Shown: positions 59,822-64,000 of the stretch, piece by piece
How positions within the stretch are numbered: the first letter of the stretch is position 1
Layout: each line of letters begins with the position of its first letter
NCBI GenBank assembly: GCA_051294375.1
Contig: CM119267.1
Location: 3,522,192-3,586,191, forward strand
Reading direction: 5' to 3'
Source: Paraspadella gotoi
Taxonomy: Eukaryota; Animalia; Chaetognatha
Length of the DNA: 64,000 nt
Made by a program: the position numbers and the translations under genes
Notes under the pieces: model-generated
The model's database searches: none
Seen by the model: only the letters and a program-made list of their open reading frames with translations
What the model was told of the DNA's origin: nothing

Positions 59822-61930
59822 ATGGAACGTAAATTGTGTTCCATTCCCGCGAAAGTAGAGGACTCTAACTTGCCCATAGCGATGAATGAATGGATTGAAG
59901 AATTGGATGTATCCCTCAATTCTTTCCTGTCATCTTCGTCTTTCGATCTTCGTAACGTCGCTGCCAGAAACCTCGATCGCCTCAAGACGGCCATCCAATC
60001 GATAGACGTCTTTGCCGTCAAAAGTCTCGTCTCTTCGCAGCAACTCAGACTTTTCGTCGAAATTCTTGTGGCAGTCTTGCGGCAAGTAAGCCAACTTCGA
60101 GGCCTTCTTGCGGAAAGGTCTCTCCACACTTCTTCTTCGCCTCTGGACATTAAAAAGTCTCCAGCCTTCGATTTTGACCAAACCTGTGACGATGTCGGCG
60201 AGAATGTCTCAACGCTGCCCGGACTTTGCATCGACGAGGCGGCAACCACTTTTCAAATGCAGTCGTTTCGGTCGGATAGATCATTATCAAATAATAACGA
60301 GTCGCCCGTCGGCCCGACGACGAGAAAGAAAAAGATTGATTTTGTGAAACTGAGTTCGACGGAGACGGAGCAAGAGAGGATGTCGAGGCCTGAGAGGAAC
60401 TCCGCTGAAGAGAAAGCGCAGACGTCGTCGTCATCGCGATCAACCTTCTCCTGCTTGACCCTCGAATCTGGATGGAATCCCGACGACGACGACGCGTTGA
60501 AGGAGGAATTGCGGCTGATCGGAAGCGCGGCTGGGGACGGCGTCGATCTCCGAGAGTGGCAACGAAGTCTGGGTGCGCGCGGGAGACCGGCCAAGGTCCA
60601 AATCGAAAAGCGAGGCGGAGGGAAAAAGTCGGTCGCGTGCGCTCTTTGTCGACGGAAAAAACCTTTCCGATCCGCGCAATTCAAAGAATTTGCGTTTCAC
60701 GTTCTCACTGTTCACGGTGAAAAAAAACACGAGTGTCCCGTTTGTCGGAAGAGATTCACGCGAGCCGCCTACGTCAAGACTCACGTGAGCGCAATGCACG
60801 ACGGCGGGGGCGTCCTGTGTCCAGTTTGCGGGCAAAAATTTCTAACCAAGTGGACGATGGAGCTGCATCGACGCAAAGCTCACGAGCGCGTCAAGCACGT
60901 GTGCCACGTCTGCGGCCGTGATTTTCTAAACAAGGTCTCGCTCAAAAATCACGTGATCAAGGACCATGAGGGAAGATACAATCATCGCTGTGAGGATTGC
61001 GGCAAAGGATTCATGAGGTCGAGCGCGTTGGAACATCATGTGATGTTTCGACACCGCGGCATCAGAACAAAACACCTCGTCAAAGAGGCTTGCCCGTATT
61101 GCGGAAAGCTTTACACTCCAAAGGCCTTGAAGAATCATCTCAAGGAACACGAAGGCGGCCTCCTCGAATGTCAAGTCGTCGATTGCGGAAAGACCTTCGC
61201 TTCCGACCACAATCTCGCCCTCCACGTCAAAACCGTCCACGACAAAATTCGCGTCGAGTGTCCCGAATGCGACCGGACTTTCAGTAATGGGACTCTGCTG
61301 CGCAATCATCGCCAAAGCGTCCACGAAGGAGTTCGCTGGTCTTGCGACGCGTGCGGAAAGCAGCTCAAGACTCGGGCGCTGCTCCTCAATCACAAGAAGC
61401 AGATCCACGCCAAAATTCGCCACCAATGCCTGCAATGCCAACAGTCGTTCTCGCAAAAGCACTCGCTCAATTATCACGTACGTCTCAAGCACGGGACGGA
61501 GGAACGATTCAAGTGCCGCAACTGCGACAAACGCTTCGTGATTCCGTGGAAGATGCGCGAACACTCTCGAAGATGCGACGCGCAAATGGGAAAGAAGTGC
61601 GACGATGACAAAGACGCGGGCGCCAACTGCGCCGTGGCGGACGTGACGAATGCTACGCCGCAAACGGACGCGTCCACGCCTGGAAGCGGCGTCTTGGATA
61701 GAGTCGAGAGTGGCGCGAGATTCTCAGCGCAGTCCATTCAGTCGAGGAGTGTCGCTCCCTGCCGAACCGAAGCGCTTCCGATTTCGGTTTTGCCTCCGCA
61801 AATTTCGTTCGTCAATTCGGTCCAAGACATTTTAGGTCAAACTTCTGCCAGGATCAACTTGGGACAATTCACCGGACGTTCACCAAATGATCAGGATCAG
61901 TTGACGTTTTTGGCCATTATTCCTTCTTGA
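59822..61930 (+). CDS. C2H2 zinc finger protein (about 11-12 fingers), intronless
   Basis: Tandem CxxC...HxxxxH fingers from about aa 270 to 590, with an unassigned helical N-terminal domain. Confidence 0.9.
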   Translation: MERKLCSIPAKVEDSNLPIAMNEWIEELDVSLNSFLSSSSFDLRNVAARNLDRLKTAIQSIDVFAVKSLVSSQQLRLFVEILVAVLRQVSQLRGLLAERSLHTSSSPLDIKKSPAFDFDQTCDDVGENVSTLPGLCIDEAATTFQMQSFRSDRSLSNNNESPVGPTTRKKKIDFVKLSSTETEQERMSRPERNSAEEKAQTSSSSRSTFSCLTLESGWNPDDDDALKEELRLIGSAAGDGVDLREWQRSLGARGRPAKVQIEKRGGGKKSVACALCRRKKPFRSAQFKEFAFHVLTVHGEKKHECPVCRKRFTRAAYVKTHVSAMHDGGGVLCPVCGQKFLTKWTMELHRRKAHERVKHVCHVCGRDFLNKVSLKNHVIKDHEGRYNHRCEDCGKGFMRSSALEHHVMFRHRGIRTKHLVKEACPYCGKLYTPKALKNHLKEHEGGLLECQVVDCGKTFASDHNLALHVKTVHDKIRVECPECDRTFSNGTLLRNHRQSVHEGVRWSCDACGKQLKTRALLLNHKKQIHAKIRHQCLQCQQSFSQKHSLNYHVRLKHGTEERFKCRNCDKRFVIPWKMREHSRRCDAQMGKKCDDDKDAGANCAVADVTNATPQTDASTPGSGVLDRVESGARFSAQSIQSRSVAPCRTEALPISVLPPQISFVNSVQDILGQTSARINLGQFTGRSPNDQDQLTFLAIIPS

Positions 61931-62235
61931 CATTCGTTCATTATTAATTGCTCCGATATCGAATTAATTGCCATGTCGGAGAAAGAGAGAGATGCCTTTT
62001 ATTCTCTTATGTACATCTTTTATTCCCAAACGTAGTTATTTTAAATATTTCAACCTTTTTGGGTTTCATTTTCAGCTATTATGTTAATTTTAAACTTGTT
62101 AGGACTCTGTTGTGTAATGTGTATTTTACATCGACGTGCTTTTGAGGTTTCACCCATTATCAGCCTCGATTGTATAATGTATATGTAACCTATTTAATGT
62201 ACGTGTAATAAATATTACATAGAATTACATTAAAA

Positions 62236-64000
62236 ATGCGTTACATTGCGTTAAAGCGCGAGGCGAAGGAGAGATTGGACGAAAAAAACTACGATGCCGC
62301 AATGGAGATCTACAGTCGAGCAGCAGATATGGCGCTGCGGGAAAATGCTGCTCCGGTTGAAGTTGCCAAAATCTACACCAACGAATCGGAAATGGCCTTT
62401 AAAGTTTTTCAAAAAATATTTCTTGTTGGAACCGGAAGTCATTCTCCGTCTCCTGATTTAGAGCCTCTTCAAAATATCCTGAAACGATCTGAAGATGCGG
62501 CCAAGGCGGCCATAGATATTTGCGAAGATTGGGCCAAGGGATTTCTTTACCTGGCCCGAGTTCGTGTTGTGTGGAGTTATACCTTTTTTTGTAAAGTCAT
62601 GCAGGAATTTAACCAATTTTATGCCGACTCCCTGATGGAGAGGTATTTTGAACTGTGTTTTCCGAACACGAAAGAGAATGATATTGATATTAAAAGCATC
62701 AAGAATCCAACTTTGTGGTTCGTTCTTAAGCTTATAAAGCATTCACTCTACGAAGATTTTATCAAGAGTCAACCGGGATTCGACGGATTACGATTTCCTA
62801 AAAATGTATTTTATGTGAATCCCAGCGGCGCGGGCTGCTTCACCTCTATTTCTGACGCTACGTTTCACGCGCAAATCATGAAAAAGCCGTATTCGGTCTT
62901 GATCGAACCCGGCGTTTACGAGGACGATTTTGGCTACGAATGTATTGGGCCTAGTTCCGAAATGTCTCAGAGCGGTTACATGTATTATGACCTCACGGAA
63001 TTGGAGGTTGACTTAGTAGGAAATAGGGCAAAACAATCTCAGTCGTATTTTGTGAAACTGGAGGAAAACCTTTCATCATTACTTGAGGAAGATTCCGAAA
63101 AACCTGTAACGGAAACTATCGTAGTATTTCAAAAAGATTTTGAAATATTTTCCAGAAAAATTAGTATTTCTCGGATGACTTTTTTGGACTTGAGTACGAA
63201 TGAGGTGTTTTTCAGATTTCATCTGAATACATCGAAAGAAAGATTTTCTGTCACTAACTGTTTTGCTGCACGTTGCTCACATGATGAAAACGGGGTCATA
63301 AATGATGAAACAGGAGCAATAAATGTTTTTTTAATTGCTTATAATTGCAACATTTTGATAAATGAATCACATCTCACTCGTTTTCATCACCCATTAATAC
63401 TTTCTACCTGCAATATAGTGATCAAAGAAACGACTATAAATTTAAGCGATATTTCGCTTGTTATCACTCACAATACCGTGGCCAATCTTAAAAACGTACA
63501 ATTTACGAACGGATTTCAAGTCAGTAACAGCAAATTAACCGCTTCTGATTCACTCTTTAGAAGTGTCAGTGCTCCAACCATGGTCGACATGGTATCGAAG
63601 TTACATTCCTCAGTTTTTGAAAAGATTACTATGTTTCATGTACGTAATTCTCAGGTTGAGGTGTCTAATTCCGAAGTGTTGATGAACTTAGATTCTAAAC
63701 GAGAGGTTTTTGCAATGGGGTTGTATAATGAAGTTGATTTAGATACACAATCGCACTTAGTTTTACGGAACAATAAAATAATTGCTCTATCTGAAATAAT
63801 TACTCTAAAACGTGAAGATTTAATCTGTCATTTACAAGGCAATAAAATTTGTTTACATGAAAAAATTCCAGGTATGGCCAAGTGCCTTCTTAAAGTTTTG
63901 TCCAATAAAACCATTGATTTGAGTTTCCATGAAAACGTAATCGTCGACGACAAAGAACGAAATTTAAACGCCAGTCATGGTTTTTATCATATCTTTAGCC
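62236..64000 (+). CDS. TPR + probable right-handed beta-helix protein, intronless, runs off window
   Basis: The frame from ATG 62236 appears open to the window end. TPR-like NYDAAMEIYSRA...DWAKGFLYLA, then YVNPSGAGCFTSISDA...IEPGVY resembling a pectin-lyase-fold cap, followed by I/V/N-rich beta repeats. Confidence 0.7.
   Translation, partial: MRYIALKREAKERLDEKNYDAAMEIYSRAADMALRENAAPVEVAKIYTNESEMAFKVFQKIFLVGTGSHSPSPDLEPLQNILKRSEDAAKAAIDICEDWAKGFLYLARVRVVWSYTFFCKVMQEFNQFYADSLMERYFELCFPNTKENDIDIKSIKNPTLWFVLKLIKHSLYEDFIKSQPGFDGLRFPKNVFYVNPSGAGCFTSISDATFHAQIMKKPYSVLIEPGVYEDDFGYECIGPSSEMSQSGYMYYDLTELEVDLVGNRAKQSQSYFVKLEENLSSLLEEDSEKPVTETIVVFQKDFEIFSRKISISRMTFLDLSTNEVFFRFHLNTSKERFSVTNCFAARCSHDENGVINDETGAINVFLIAYNCNILINESHLTRFHHPLILSTCNIVIKETTINLSDISLVITHNTVANLKNVQFTNGFQVSNSKLTASDSLFRSVSAPTMVDMVSKLHSSVFEKITMFHVRNSQVEVSNSEVLMNLDSKREVFAMGLYNEVDLDTQSHLVLRNNKIIALSEIITLKREDLICHLQGNKICLHEKIPGMAKCLLKVLSNKTIDLSFHENVIVDDKERNLNASHGFYHIFS

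Noticed and set aside
1492-61835. Many antisense or alternate-frame ORFs overlapping real exons (e.g. 5152-5829, 48729-49526, 60926-61663)
   Set aside because: They are shadows of GC-rich coding sequence with no recognisable domains.
1-64000. Prokaryotic or viral origin suggested by co-oriented dense genes
   Set aside because: Spliceosomal introns and animal-type genes occur throughout.
1-64000. tRNA, rRNA, snRNA/SL RNA genes, selenoprotein recoding or an alternative genetic code
   Set aside because: None recognisable by eye, and conserved genes translate fully with the standard code. A covariance-model search would be needed to exclude small RNAs.

Overview
Gene-dense eukaryotic DNA, almost certainly from an invertebrate animal with a compact genome (FBXL5, HS3ST, LRRC58 and REP orthologues; short, mostly 50-100 nt GT-AG introns; CpG-rich exons against very AT-rich non-coding DNA). 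I can reconstruct about 26 protein-coding genes, 25 of them on the + strand. The first run is NUDT18, BCKDHB, EAF, a coiled-coil gene, AKR, CRYZ, PLD6/zucchini, an FG-GAP gene with a nested gene, HIGD2, DNA2, GINS3, RBFA, REP/CHM and NAPRT. One minus-strand RRM-Tudor gene and a foldback repeat follow. The second run is HS3ST, LRRC58, NAA50, a small orphan, a kinase, AMDHD2, FBXL5, PRDX6, a C2H2 zinc finger gene and a TPR gene. Several stop-to-start gaps are only 90-165 bp and contain unpaired AG acceptors, which suggests operons resolved by SL trans-splicing. The most unusual items are: a 4-exon same-strand gene inside the last intron of the FG-GAP gene; a Penelope-type hammerhead ribozyme core inside an 87-bp-arm palindrome between CRYZ and PLD6; an RRM/Trp-repeat/Tudor protein; candidate GA-AG and GC-AG introns; an antisense spliced-looking tract in FBXL5 intron 1; and a Cys-rich two-exon orphan. 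Gene identities come from recognised motifs, not database searches, and exon boundaries were read by hand.
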